Below are positions 15,951 through 30,426 of a stretch of 64,000 nucleotides of DNA, piece after piece. Position numbers and translations under genes: made by a program. The number at the start of each line of letters is the position of its first letter. The first letter of the stretch is position 1. Source of the DNA: Octopus vulgaris (Eukaryota); NCBI GenBank assembly GCA_951406725.2, contig OX597834.1, forward strand, positions 15,190,001 through 15,254,000. Direction: 5' to 3'. The notes under the pieces were generated by a model. The model was not told the DNA's origin, did not search any database, and was given only the letters and a program-made list of their open reading frames with translations.

Positions 15951-17190
15951 ATATGAGAGTTGGCTGAAAGCTTCACCGACTGATCAAGATACTTGCATTG
16001 AATGTGATCGAATGAGGTTTATTTTTCAAGATAGTCCCCACCCTGTTGCAATCTTCACATTTCTTCCATCGCTGGTTTAGTGCTTTGATCCCATTGGCGA
16101 AGAAGCTTTTATCTTGTTAGTTAAGAAAGTCATCAAAAGCAGATATGACGTCATCATCACTGGTTCCCAGTCAAGTGATTTTTTTTTCATATTGGTAACC
16201 AGATGATACACAGGCGGAGCGAAATAAAAGAAACAGGTAAGATGATCGACCAGGTCAGACACAGAAGCCATTGAGACCAAGGACCTGTGTGGTGGACCAT
16301 TGACCTGATGAAACAAGATCCCTTTCTTCAGTTATCCCGGGCGTTTGGACTTGAAACCTTTCATAACTGTTTCACCAAGTTGGCATGGTAGTTCCTTTTG
16401 ATGGTGTAACCCTCTTGAAGATAGGCAATAAAAACAACACCTTTTGCATCCCCCAAAACGAAGACCACCACCTTCTTTACAGATTAAACGAACCTGGTCC
16501 ATTTTGGAGCAGGTAAGGAGAGGTGTTTCCACTCCATGACTTGTTTATTTGTCTCTAGCTCAAAGTCTGAAGTCAACACTCATCCCTGTTTAGGAAGCAC
16601 TCAGAGAAACCATCTGGATCTACCCCAAGCAATGTCAGCTTTTCCAGTGATGTGATAAGCCTGGTGCGCTTTTTGATCAAGTGTCAGAAGACTTGGCACT
16701 CCCGGAAGAGAAATCTTCGTCACCCCAAGTTCATTGTACAGAATTTTCTCAACTTACTCTCGGCATATTATGATAGAACTGGTTATTTGATTTATAGTCA
16801 AACACCTGTTCATCCGTCAGCATGTGTTGAACACGATCAATGTTTTCGTCGATGGGGGGTAGTTACAAGACACTCCCTTCCCCTCTCAAATTCAGCTGCC
16901 CATATTTGTATTGTTTTTAAAGCTGGCGGTTCATCGTTTAGTGTAGTTCTCATGTCAGCATGAACGTCCTTGGTGGCTAAACACTTTCTTTGCAAGTAAT
17001 TGATAAGATCACGAAGCTAGATTTTGTTCGATTTCATGAGAACTCGCCACTAATTACGATTGAAAGTCTCCTTTGAACAGTCAGATATCAGATTTCCGGC
17101 AAGAGCAGAATGCACTTACTAATAAGAAAATTTGAAATTAAGGCATGCAACATTTCTCAGTTCCTGCATCACTCTTTCACAGTCAACCTA
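15951..17190 (-). pseudogene. Near full-length (~1.25 kb) decayed mariner element
   Basis: Minus-strand fragments MEWKH, DAKGVVFIAYLQEG, IKSKRPG-like FKSKRPG, LFHQVNGPPHRSLVSMA...YHL.NMKK; degenerate TIR-like ends; stops and frameshifts. Confidence 0.8.
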
Positions 17191-17244
17191 TGAACTATAT
17201 ATATTATACATACATACATATATATTTGTGTGTGTGTGTGTGTG

Positions 17245-17490
17245 TGGAGGCGCGTGGCTTAGTGGTTAGGCTGTTGAACTCATGGTCGTAGGGTTGTGGT
17301 TTCGATTCCTGGACCTGGCGTCGCGTTGTGTTCTTGAGCAAAACACTTCATTTCACGTTGCTTCAGTCCACTCACCTGGCAAAAATGAGTAAAGCTGCGA
17401 TGGACCGGCGTCCCGTCCAGGTGGGGGAGTTTCTACGCCACTGAAACCGGGAAACCGGCCCTTATGAGCCAGGCATGGCTCAAGAAGGAA
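17245..17490 (+). mobile_element. SINE family D (tRNA head, CORE-like middle, tail type 3 resembling the V-SINE domain)
   Basis: A-box tggcttagtgg, B-box-like gtttcgattcc, gtgttcttgagcaaaacactt, gcgatggaccggcgtcccgtccagg. Domain names from recall. Confidence 0.8.
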
Positions 17491-17791
17491 CATTTATTTA
17501 TATGTATTTATAGATAGAGAGGGAGCGAGGGAGAAGAGAGGGGAGCGAGATGGGAGAGACAGAGCTAATGGGATAGAGAAACTGCGAGAAAGTGATACAA
17601 ATTAATATAGAGACACACACATACATACACACATGCACACACATTCATATATATAAAAATGGAGTACTAGATATTTGGTCAGCGTTAAAAGTCTTTCTCA
17701 ACAGTTTGACTCTTCTCCATAGGATTTGAAATTTCTTGGGAGTGTAGGACGTATAGGACATTCATCAAGAAACTTCATGTCATGTTGTCTG

Positions 17792-17835
<44 letters not shown>

Positions 17836-17902
17836 CATTCTTTAACTGATTGATTAGTCAGTAATTACGTAGGTAAAGAGGTAAATAAATAAATATATAG
17901 TG

Positions 17903-17958
<56 letters not shown>

Positions 17959-19375
17959 ATATATATATACAGAAAGAGAGAGAGAGAGAGGCAGAGAAAA
18001 AGACAGATAGGCAAAGAGATACATTTCCGATTATAGCGGCGCCAGAGTTTTGAATAGCTTACATCCATAATTATTATCTTCGTATTTTCTGTCACTGAAA
18101 AATCTATCCAATGCACAATTTTCCAAAAACAGAAAATTTTTCCCAAAATAATTTTCTCCGTCAAAAACTTACTTCCCAACACGAAGGAAACCCTTCACTG
18201 CTCTCAAAATATTCCTGTAGTCAATACCATTCTTAATTCATTTCTTAGTATATTTCGATAATATATCGTTTGATGTATTCATCAGAATGGGATTCTGAGC
18301 AATTATTCTGTCATATTGCCTGTTCGATTATATGTTATTATTATGTAGTTATATAATCGTTGACGTTCTGTATTTCGTTAGAGGGTAATGATATGGATGT
18401 AATGTCAATGATAGCTGTATGTACGGTGAATGTGTGGCTGGGGGTGGCGTGCATTAGACACGCGAACATACTCTCATACGCATGCGCAGGTATTTATATA
18501 CATTTTTGCACTAGTCCGTATGATTCTCTCTCTCTATATATATATATATGTGTATATAAATATATGTCTATACATATATAAATATATATGTATGTATGTA
18601 TGTATGTATATATGTATGTATGTAGATATGTATCTCTATTTATCTATGTGAGCATACATGCATGTACGAATGTAAATATAATATATATATGAATATTACA
18701 TATGTATATATATGTGTGTGTGTCTACATGTGCGTGTGTACACATGTGTGTACATGCCCCATACATATGCACATTTACATATATATATATATATATACAT
18801 ACATATATATACATACACACACACATATACATATGTGTGTGTGTGTGTGTGCGTGTGTGTGTGTGTGTGTGTGAGTGTGCTTGTGTGTATTTATATGTTG
18901 TTCTCACTGTCCTGTTTTTGTTACCACTTTCACCCTCCGCAAAATATTCCCAAATTTTATTTAATTTGTTTTGCGGGAGGGACTGTTTTAAAGAAGTCGC
19001 GTCTTGTCCTTATCTTCGAAACGCGGAGTAGATAAAACAGGGGACAACCGATGAAAGGGAATATTCTTTATGTTGCATTCTCGGTTCTCTGTTTTTGTTT
19101 CGTTGATTGAAAAAAGTTCGTTTGCTATGTTTTTGTTTTTATGTTCTTGTTTCCCATTTTGCCTACATATTTTTGATGTCCTGTACCCACGTATTCAGGT
19201 ATATATACATATATATGTACAAATATATGTATGCATATATGCATATATATATATATATACATACATACATATATATATATATATTATATATTATATATTA
19301 TATATTATATATTGTATATATTATATATTGTATATATTATTTATTACAATTTATTATATAGAGAGAAACAGGTAG

Positions 19376-19462
<87 letters not shown>

Positions 19463-19649
19463 TAGATATATATATATAGGTCTATATCCATAATTATATA
19501 TATATGCATATACATATATAGGTGTGTCTGCATATATATGTATATGTACACACATGTGTGTATACAAAGATAGGCGTATATTCACATATACGGGAGCCTA
19601 GAAGCTAAACCATGTTGAATACTTTCTCGCTGGTTGTATGATGAGAATT

Positions 19650-20350
19650 AAACAGTCTTTATATTGAAACGTAACAAGGAACGCTGATAAATACACAAAT
19701 TTAATAGGGGAAATTAGAGTGAAATTCAGTTTAGGCGGTTGAACAATGCGCTAAGATAATCTTGTTGTGAATGGGAGAAAATTAATTAAAATGACTAATA
19801 ACATATAAGACAGAACAAGACACAAACCTATACATATATGTTTATATATATATATATATATATATGAATTACATCAAATACACGGACTTAGAAATTATTC
19901 TGAGAAATGAATAAAAGAAGGCATAGATGAATGTACACAAATGGAAGTAAAGGTTACGAATGAATATTGTAAACGCGCTAGATTAATGATACGAACTAAG
20001 TTAGATGCCATAAGGTAGGTTATGAGTATCAAGGCTCTAGCTGTTTCACTGATAACTTATGGTTATTATATTCTCGACTGGAGTCTTGGTGATTTAGCAA
20101 GTGTTGATAGGAAAACAAAGAATTTGATTATAGAATGTAGGAATGTTTCAGTGGAACTCTGACAAAGAAGGATAATAATTTATCACGAACGGAGAATGGA
20201 AGGAATCTTCTTCAATTAGAGAGCGTAAATTACTAATATGCTATTATAAAGTAGCGAACAAAAGGTAAATGATGATATTTGTGGGCTGTGGAGATAGAAC
20301 AATCGATCATATTATTAGTAGCTACCTGCACTTAGCGACAACGAAATTTA
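19650..20350 (+). pseudogene. Highly decayed R4/Dong-type non-LTR retrotransposon fragments
   Basis: Translated patches IKALAVSLITYGY, VDRKT, GRNLLQLE and TIDHIISSYLHLATT resemble Dong/R4 post-RT and zinc-knuckle regions. Confidence 0.6.
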
Positions 20351-20463
20351 TGTGTCTATGTGTGTGTGTGTGTATGTGTGTGTCTGTGATTCCAGTTAAC
20401 AAAATTATGTGTGCACATACATACATATATATATATATATATAGGTCCCGGGTTAAGTCGGGC

Positions 20464-20508
20464 TTCCTGATGATTTCTTTTGAATGAAACAGTTCTAGTC
20501 CTGTAGAA
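20464..20508 (+). ncRNA. Minimal type-I hammerhead ribozyme candidate with canonical core
   Basis: Stem I ttc/gaa; CTGATGA 20467-20473; stem II ttc-tttt-gaa closed by U-U; GAAA 20486-20489; stem III ACAG/CTGT; GUA site ending 20505. Confidence 0.6.
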
Positions 20509-20525
20509 TTGAGTCCTTCTATAAA

Positions 20526-20576
<51 letters not shown>

Positions 20577-20578
<2 letters not shown>

Positions 20579-20994
20579 CGCAGGAGTGGCTGTGTGGTAA
20601 GTAGCTTGCTAACCAACCACATGGGTTCCGGGTTCAGTCCCACTGCGTGGCATCTTGGGCAAGTGTCTTCTGCTATAGGCCCGAGCCGACCAATACCTTG
20701 TGAGTGGATTTGGTAGACGGAAACTGAAAGAAGCCTGTCGTATATATGTATATATGTATAAGTGTGTGTGTATATGTTTGTGTGTCTGTGTTTGTCCCCC
20801 TAGCATTGCTTGACAACCGATGCTGGTGTGTTTACGTCCCCGTAACTTAGCGGTTCGGCAAAAGAGACCGATAGAATAAGTACTGGGCTTACAAAGAATA
20901 AGTACCGGGGTCGATTTGCTCGACTAAAGGCGGTGCTCCAGCATGGCCGCAGTCAAATGACTGAAACAAGTAAAAGAGTAAAAAGAGAAAAGAG
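20577..20994 (+). mobile_element. SINE family A, full length (tRNA head, CORE-like segment, internal TA/TG tract, LINE-like tail)
   Basis: A-box tggctgtgtgg, B-box ggttcagtcc, cttgggcaagtg, tail gctccagcatggccgcagtcaaatgactgaaacaagtaaaagag; more than 12 relatives in the window. Confidence 0.92.
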
Positions 20995-21094
20995 ATATAC
21001 ACACACACACACACACACATATATATACATATGTATATATATATATATATATACTTTATTTAAAGCAGCAACAAAATTCATCGGACAGTTCTAG

Positions 21095-21144
21095 CAAAAA
21101 CTGTCCGATGAATGGCAACGTGAAACTCAGAGTAACAGGTTTTG
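21095..21144 (+). ncRNA. Minimal type-I hammerhead ribozyme candidate, U4C core variant
   Basis: Stem I caaaaactgt/acaggttttg (9 of 10 pairs); CCGATGA; stem II atg-GCAA-cgt; GAAA; stem III ACTC/GAGT; GUA site ending 21134. Confidence 0.65.
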
Positions 21145-21248
21145 TTGAATTTTCTGCTGCATTAAATAACGCATATTACTCTACCACTGGTATTTGAGTA
21201 CTCTTTTTTCCACCTTGTTTCACATTTATGTGTTTAGTTCGGTATATA

Positions 21249-22645
<1,397 letters not shown>

Positions 22646-23087
22646 GGTCGATATAATCAACGTCTAAATTTGTTGGCTCTGTACTAAAATTTGAAAGCAT
22701 CTTTTGTTTGTGTACTCCTTTCAAAGAACAGAAATTATTGCAATTTTGCGAAGACAGTTTACGTGTCTGTACAGTATATTCTATTGTTACAAACAACGTT
22801 GTAGGTAAGTTCGGTGTTAACTAGTTTAGATATACACTATTAAAATGACATTTTTAATTAAAATTGCAAAGCAAGTACTTGTATTTTCGAACACCAGTAA
22901 TTTTTTTTCCTATGGCAGTAGTTTCAATTTATTTTACGCGAACCACTTTTCAACATCATTCATTTGGTTGGTTATTCGGAAAATACGAAGAACAAATGCG
23001 AATAAGACTGAAAAATATCCAGCGCTTTCTCTCTCTCTCTCACACACACACACACTGATATGAAGTAAACATGCGAATTATTCATTT

Positions 23088-23710
23088 CTACTCTAGGCAC
23101 AAGGCCCGACATTTTCGTTGAGGGGGTCAGTTGATTAGATCGACGCAAGTACGTTAATGGTAATTACTTTGTTGAAAGGCGGCGAGCTGGCAGAAAATTT
23201 ACACACCGGGCGAAATGCTTACCGGTATTTCGTCTGCCGTTATGTTGTGAGTTCAAATTCCACCGAGGTCGACTTTACTTTTCCTCTTTTCGGGGTCGAT
23301 AAATTAAGTACCAGTTACGCACTGGGTTCGATGTAATCGACTTAATACCTATGTCTGTCCTTGTTTGTCCCCTCTATGTTTAGTCCCTTGTGGGTAATAA
23401 AGAAATAGGTATTTCGTCTGCCGTTATGTTGTGAGTTCAAATTCCGCCGAGGTCGACTTTACCTTTCATCCTTTCGGGGTCGATAAATTAAGTACCAGTT
23501 ACGCACTGGGGGTCGATGTAATCGACTTAATACCTATGTCTGTCCTTGTTTGTCCCCTCTATGTTTAGCCCCTTGTGGGTAATAAAGAAATAGGTAATTA
23601 ATTTGTTGAAACCGAAACGATGAAACGCAAAGTCGACCGCGGCGGAATTTGAACTCAGGACGTAAAAACAAACGAAATGTGCTATCGCGTGTGCCTGCTC
23701 GCCGCCTTAA
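23088..23710. mobile_element. SINE B2 (-) containing a dimeric SINE B1 (+, 23177-23591)
   Basis: Inner dimer flanked by ggtaatta(c/a)tttgttgaaa on both sides. Confidence 0.88.
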
Positions 23711-23771
23711 ACATACGATTTATTCTAGTAGCAATATGCAGGTGTGATTATGTCGTAAGAAAGCTTGCTTC

Positions 23772-24900
23772 CGGTGAAACGACGTCGTGAGTGTTTCTTT
23801 TTCTGTGCGCTGTGAGTCATCAATTGTCCTGTTGAAATTCTGTTAATTGTTGTGAATTACTGTTAAAGAATGTTATTGTTGAACGTCTGCCTGTTTGCTG
23901 GTCTTGTTGAACTGTATAATATTTCCCGGTATGCCGGGGAATAGAAATTTTCTGTGGCCGTTTGGCATTTATTCAGTTAATTCATTAGATTTTTACGGAG
24001 TACATTTTTATTATTTGGCCTTTGTAAGCATTGTTTAGCTGCATCCCGCTCCCAAACGTGGGTGGGATTTGAACTGTTGTTCCTCTTGCGAGGTATTAAT
24101 TTTTTAACTAAAAAAAAAGGGGGAAACCTATAATGTTTATTTTGGAAAAAATGTTTTCAGCCGTTTTTGGCTTCGTTGAGCTGTGCTCCTCCTCCTGCAA
24201 GGGGTGGGATTTGAACCTATATTGCTTGTAAAAGAAAAAAAATTGAAACTGTATAGGGAAACCTACGTATTTGTGTGTTTCTTGCAAATTTATCTGAACC
24301 GAAATGTCGGCGGAGATAATTAGAGATAAATGCTCTCTGGAAGAGAGTGGTGCCTTGGAGGGTAACCAGCCGACCCTGCCCCTCAAAAAGTTACCAAAGG
24401 CTTCGCGTAACTCGCCGCTGTAGAAACTGAAAACCTGGAAGCGGAGGTCGAGGTAAAAATATCGCCCCCTACCGACACGATGGTGAAAATCAAAGACAGA
24501 ACCTTTATTTTGAAAACATTTTGCACAGACATTAAAAGAGAACCCGACCAACCGTCCCCCAAACAAAAAAGGGGAAAGAAGGATCTGGGTCGAGTTCAAC
24601 CCGAGGAACAAGTACACTGATGATGTTATATTGACGCACCACACTACTGTAATATATCCAGAGCACAAAGACCATCCTACACAATGATAGGGGAAACATT
24701 GTTTAAACAACTGAAGGAGGGGGGGTATTCAAAAGACATTTCAAGGTTAATGATCTCCCAAAACATCTCAGGAAAGAGGGAAAAAAAAAGGATTCCTCAC
24801 GAGACGTGAAGTCGGCCAACGAAAAGTAAGTAAAACTTTTACTTTTCTTTAATTTGTCAACACTTAGCCTTGGTTGCTTGAATGTGCGTGGTCTGCCCCA
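23772..24900 (+). mobile_element. Probable 5' portion of an L1/Tx1-type LINE (UTR, decayed ORF1, start of APE domain)
   Basis: Complex GC-richer block ending in LSLGCLNVRGL (~24863-24895), an APE endonuclease N-terminal motif. Confidence 0.55.
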
Positions 24901-25195
24901 AATGTAAGACTGTGCGTTCATATGCACCTGTATTTATATGCGTGTGTGTGTGGGGGATTGGATGTTTGCATGTATATGAGTGTGTGTGTGTGCGTGTGTT
25001 ATGACGCATTATTCAATCTACGTAAGATAATATAAGAGACACAGAATTGGAGTAATATCATATTCGAATGAAAAGAACATTGGAGATTTTGATGTAATGC
25101 CATGGATATGATACGTGGTATTATAATACAGAAATCTTAATATCTAAGAAATTTGTCATATATATATATATGTGTGTGTGTCTGGGTATTTATAT

Positions 25196-25239
<44 letters not shown>

Positions 25240-25253
25240 CTGGGTATTTATAT

Positions 25254-25332
<79 letters not shown>

Positions 25333-25856
25333 TGTATATATGACTAGCCGGTCCACGTATGCATACACTCTAAAAGCGAATTGGAATAGTTTGTTACATT
25401 TCATTCGAGTAGGAAATTTTAGTACCGTGCATCGCTTCTCAGAGTAACAGGAAATAACTGTGTGTGTATGAGTGTTTGTGTGTGTGTGAGTATGTATGTA
25501 TGTATGGTTGTACTTTCGTATGTATGTGTTTGTATCTATATGGAAAGAATTGTTTTAAAACTGGTCTGACCAGGCATTGTAATTCTCACCCTCGATGAGA
25601 TCAAGTTCGCAATATTCGTTTCCAGGAGAAAACTGGTTGTTCTGGGACCGGGCTAAAGAGCCACTTGTGTGACTATGGCGGGGCACTTATTGAGATTTTT
25701 TTTAATAAATGGCAATATCTATAAAAAGACTAGTAATCAGCATATATGTGTGTATTTATTCTATGCTATCAAATCAAAATTTAAATTAGCTAAATCATCT
25801 AGGAAATATGTACATGTTAACGCCATTGAATATAAATATGCATAGAGAGAGTAATA

Positions 25857-25893
<37 letters not shown>

Positions 25894-26851
25894 GGAGAGA
25901 GAGAGAGAGAGAAACAAATAGCATTTAGTAAGATGACCCTGCCACCGAGAGAATACGAGAAACGATGGAAGGATGTGATGAGAAAGGTGGGTGTTAGTAA
26001 CCCAGCTTAATCATTGAGGAAAGGAAAAGATCTTTGTTGGGCTTTTATAGGCTGCCGGGTTCGATCCTTTAACCTTTGTGTTCGTTTTTCTTTCTTTGGT
26101 TTAGTTTTATTTTAAAAAAGTTCCAGTTACAGGAAAATTTAATCATTATATAAAATATTTTTTAAGTAAATTTTTAACATGTAACTCATTCGAAATCATG
26201 TAACATTTTTGTCTATTGTTTGTCCTGTATTGTCCAATTCTATATAAGATCACCATGATCATAATAAAGATTCCATTTAGTAAGATCAATAACAATACAG
26301 CAGGTTGTGTGTGATATTGCGGAAAACTGCAAAATATCTTATTTAACTTACCATGGGAATTACTTGTGCGACATCGAATTAATATGAGTGCATCGGTTCA
26401 ATTTTTGCTAATTACTTTCAATAGATTTAATAGATAATATTTTGATTGAAATCTTGCTAAGTTTCTGAGGCTACGTAACTCCTCAGGTTGTAAGTATAAA
26501 TTAATTATATAACGCTAGGAATATTGCAAATTGTTGTTTTTTTTAATGAATGCCTCTTGAAATTCTAGATATATAGAGCTTATTTGAAGCTCTTGATTGC
26601 GATGGAAAATATAAATTTAGGTTACTGAAAATGCTATTAAATCTTGAAATACATCACATACACATTCATTCAAAAACCGGAATTAAATGCAAGCCAACTT
26701 CATAGCCAAAGTAGAGGTAGCAGATGAATAACAAAAAATAGAAAACCCCTATAATCAAATGGTGCATAAACTCTGAGTAGATCCGTGTATAACCAACACG
26801 TTTATGATTTTAAATCTGCCAGCCGATATCTAAAAGATATAAAACGTTTCC

Positions 26852-27266
26852 GGACCTTTTCGGTTTGAACGGCAGTTTTTTCTAGCGGTGTCATATGAAA
26901 ATATCACCTATAATTATGACCCTAGTATCGATCTATTGCATTTCAATGTTTTAGGGTTAGGGAGGGTGAGGGGGGAAGGTATCTTTTTTTCTTCACAAAT
27001 GTAAATAAACCCAATCTCTTTCTTAAACGAGGGACATATTCATACGGCACAGAATGTTTATTGCCTTAATGGACGTCATTGATTGGTTGAAATTGCAGAA
27101 ATTGAAGAAGAAAAACAACAAATATCATACAAACTATAGAATTTTCTCAATAAAGCCAAGAGAAAAAGATGTTTTATAAACACATTCTACCAGTATTCGA
27201 AGTTTAAAATTTTTCAGTTACCTAGAAATTATGTAAAAAAAACTGCCGTTCAAACCGAAAAGATAC
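26852..27266. mobile_element. Merlin-like MITE, copy 2 (opposite orientation)
   Basis: Same TIRs and internal sequence as 22064-22483; TSD acgtttcc at 26844-26851 and 27267-27274. Confidence 0.9.
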
Positions 27267-27667
27267 ACGTTTCCATTTCGTTTGTATTAAAAAATTTGAA
27301 TTAGACTTTTTTAAGCATATCCCAACTGCGGATTCATTACAGTTAAAATCTGGTAAAAAAACCTTATGTAAAAGAAACATCTGGATCCTCAACCTAGACA
27401 CAGAATGCGTAAAATCATGACCCACAGCAAAAAACAGCTTATTTTACTCCTCCTTAACTGTGTGACACAGTAGGAAAACTGTTAGATGCAGATGATACAA
27501 GGGAGACATACTCTTCAGAAATTTTACCTCTTTATACCTCCACTGAAACGATTAGATACATACAAGGGAATTAGCTACAAGCAGTCGAGAAAGTAATACA
27601 CTTGACTCAATAATTTATTTGACTATTTATGTATGGCCAATCATTAGTGAGAAAAAGTTATTAAATA

Positions 27668-27960
27668 GGCGCCTGAGTGGCTGTGTGGTAAGTAGCTTGC
27701 TTACTAACCACATGGTTCCGGGTTCATTCCCACTGCGTGGCACCTTGGGCAAGTGTCTTTTTATATAGCCTCGGGCCGACCAAAGCCTCGTGAGTGGATT
27801 TGGTAAACTGAAAGAAGTCCGTCGTATATATGTATATATATATATATGTGTGTATATACGTTTGTGTGTCTGTGAGACCGATAGAATAAGTACTAGGCTC
27901 GACTAAAAGACGGTGCTCCAGCATGGCCACAGTCAAATGACTGAAACAAGTAACAGAGTA
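27668..27960 (+). mobile_element. SINE family A with internal deletions
   Basis: Head and tail match the 20577 copy. Confidence 0.88.
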
Positions 27961-28189
27961 AATATTTCACTTCAATAAATATATCAGGTGCGTCAAATAA
28001 CGGATTAGATTCAAGCAGATGACTATAATAAAAGGATCAAGCCAAAGGCCTTGCGATTGCGAAGCGATCTTATATAACATTCGGCCATGGTATTTTACAT
28101 GTAATATAATGGTTTAAAATTTCGCCACCAGGGGAGCATTAAGGGTACACATGTCTGTGGAGTACTCAACCACTTGCACGTAAATATAT

Positions 28190-28612
28190 TCTACGAAAGG
28201 CACAAGGCCTGAAATTCGGGTGTGGGGAGGAATGAACTAGCCGATTACATCGACCTCAGTGTTTTAGAGGTATTTGATTTATCGACCCCCGAAAGGATGA
28301 AAGGCAAAGTCGACCTCGGTGGAATTTGAACTCAGAACGTTCGCTAAACATTTTGTCCAGCGCGCTAACGATTCTGTTTCTTTATTACCCACAAGGGGTT
28401 AAACATAGAGGGGACAAACAAGGACAGACAAACGGATTAAGTCGAATACATCGACCCAACCCCAGTGCGTAACTGGTACTATATTTATCGACCCCGAAAG
28501 GATGAAAGGCAAAGTCGACCTCGGCGGAATTTGAACTCAGAACGTAACGGCAGACGAAATACGGCTACGCTTTTCGCCCGGCGTGCTAACGTTTCTACCA
28601 GCTCACCACCTT
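28190..28612 (-). mobile_element. SINE B2 plus B1 composite within a SINE tail-2 fragment
   Basis: B consensus; flanks read cacttgcacgtaaat and catttgcacgttaat. Confidence 0.85.
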
Positions 28613-29591
28613 TGCCATTTGCACGTTAATTCCACGACGTAAGAACTCAAATACCGCGGCTCGTGATTTGAGAAGCTTTCAGTGAACTTTAAGTATACAA
28701 TTGGTTCACGAAAGGTCACTTTAGGTGTGAATCAAAAGTAAACAACAAACATGGCCGACAACCCCATAAACACGCTTCATCATTATTTTTTTTTTTTTCT
28801 CTAAATATTAAAATATACAGTAATGAGAGTAGATTTGCTCTAAAGAAGCAATTTTTAAAATATTGCCTATGAAATTAACTGGTTTTAAAAAGAAACTATT
28901 CATTAAAAATACAGGCTGAATAATATTGTTGACGGCTATCATTAAATACTATGATTAAAAGATACAGATCTGTGAGATGTCGTTGAACCGGAGTTATAGC
29001 TCAAAATGTCTAGAGCGAAAAGTCAATTATATTTACGTTTCGCTTCCAATTGCTTTTATACACCTTTAGCTATAACTACATAAATACATGTTTGTATATA
29101 TATATATATACGATCAACTGTAAATTTAAAATCAAAAAGCTTTTTATTATGTACTTGTATTTGTATTTGTTTGATATATATAGATATATGTCGATATGAA
29201 TATATATATGTATGTATGTGTGTATGTGTGTATGTATGTATGTATCTATGTATGTGTGTATGTATGTATCTATGTATGTGTGTATGTATGTATCTATGTA
29301 TGTGTGTATGTATGTATCTATGTATGTGCGTATGTATGTATCTATGTATGTGCGTATGTATGTATCTATGTATGTGCGTATGTATGTATGTATCTATGTA
29401 TGTGCGTATGTATGTATCTATTCATGAGCGTATGTATGTGTGTATGTGTGTATCTATGTATTTATGTGTATGTTTGTATGTATGTATGTATATGTATGTA
29501 TTTCTGCGTATGTAAATACACGTGTGCATGTGTAGCATATATATGTTAGTTTTATGTGTATATAATACTCAGTTATAGCTACTTGTATATT

Positions 29592-29656
<65 letters not shown>

Positions 29657-30426
29657 ATATATTCATGCACACATACTCTTACACCTATAGACGTACATGT
29701 ACACACACATATATATATGTTTATATGCATGAGGTTGTGAGTTTGTATCTATGTGTGTGGTAAAAAGCTGTACCGGTTAGCAAAATTCACTAATTGAAAA
29801 ACAGGCTGTTTGCTGAAATCAATTTACCAGTAAAGTACTCACATTATAAATTCAGGTCGATATTTTATTCGCTTATTAGAATCAATTATAATTTTTTTAT
29901 GTATAATCAATAGCAGAATGCAAAAATCCTGTCAAATTTAGCAGTGTCTACTGGAGCGCATAGATTTGGATACAATAGGAATTCATCGTGGTGCCAGGAA
30001 AATCCAGTGAGTATATTCAATGCGAAACCGATGGTGCGGACCAAGAAAAATTTTCTACATGGATAAAACTATACAGTGGAGCTTTAAATTTGTTGTGCAA
30101 TGACTGACATAGAATCCATTCAGACAGCAAAAATAATTATCATAAATCTTTCAGACAGTATTATCTGTGATAATGAATTTGATGAAATATAATGAATACC
30201 TGTTGCTAAATGCCAAAACCTATCAGATCTGACTATTTTACAACGGAGAAAGAGCACGAGAGAGACAAAAGGGGCAGAGAACAAAGAGGGTGAGACAGAG
30301 AAAGACAGAGGGGAAAGAGAAACAAAGAGATAACTATGGGCATTATTGAGAGTTATTCTTATCTCTTACATCTATCACCGTATTTGCCGTATAATGGTGA
30401 GACTATAACTAAACAAATGCATAATA

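Noticed and set aside
17658-17795. TTGATGA...GAAATTTC on the minus strand in a TA-flanked block
   Set aside because: Suggestive context but stem II cannot be drawn convincingly.
26455-26492. CTGAGGA...GAAAC on the minus strand as a hammerhead
   Set aside because: No stem III or NUH after GAAAC; it is a simple ctgagg/cctcag hairpin.
29913-30012. Possible exon (AG...GTGAGT)
   Set aside because: No recognisable protein; could equally be chance or a Tc1-like remnant.
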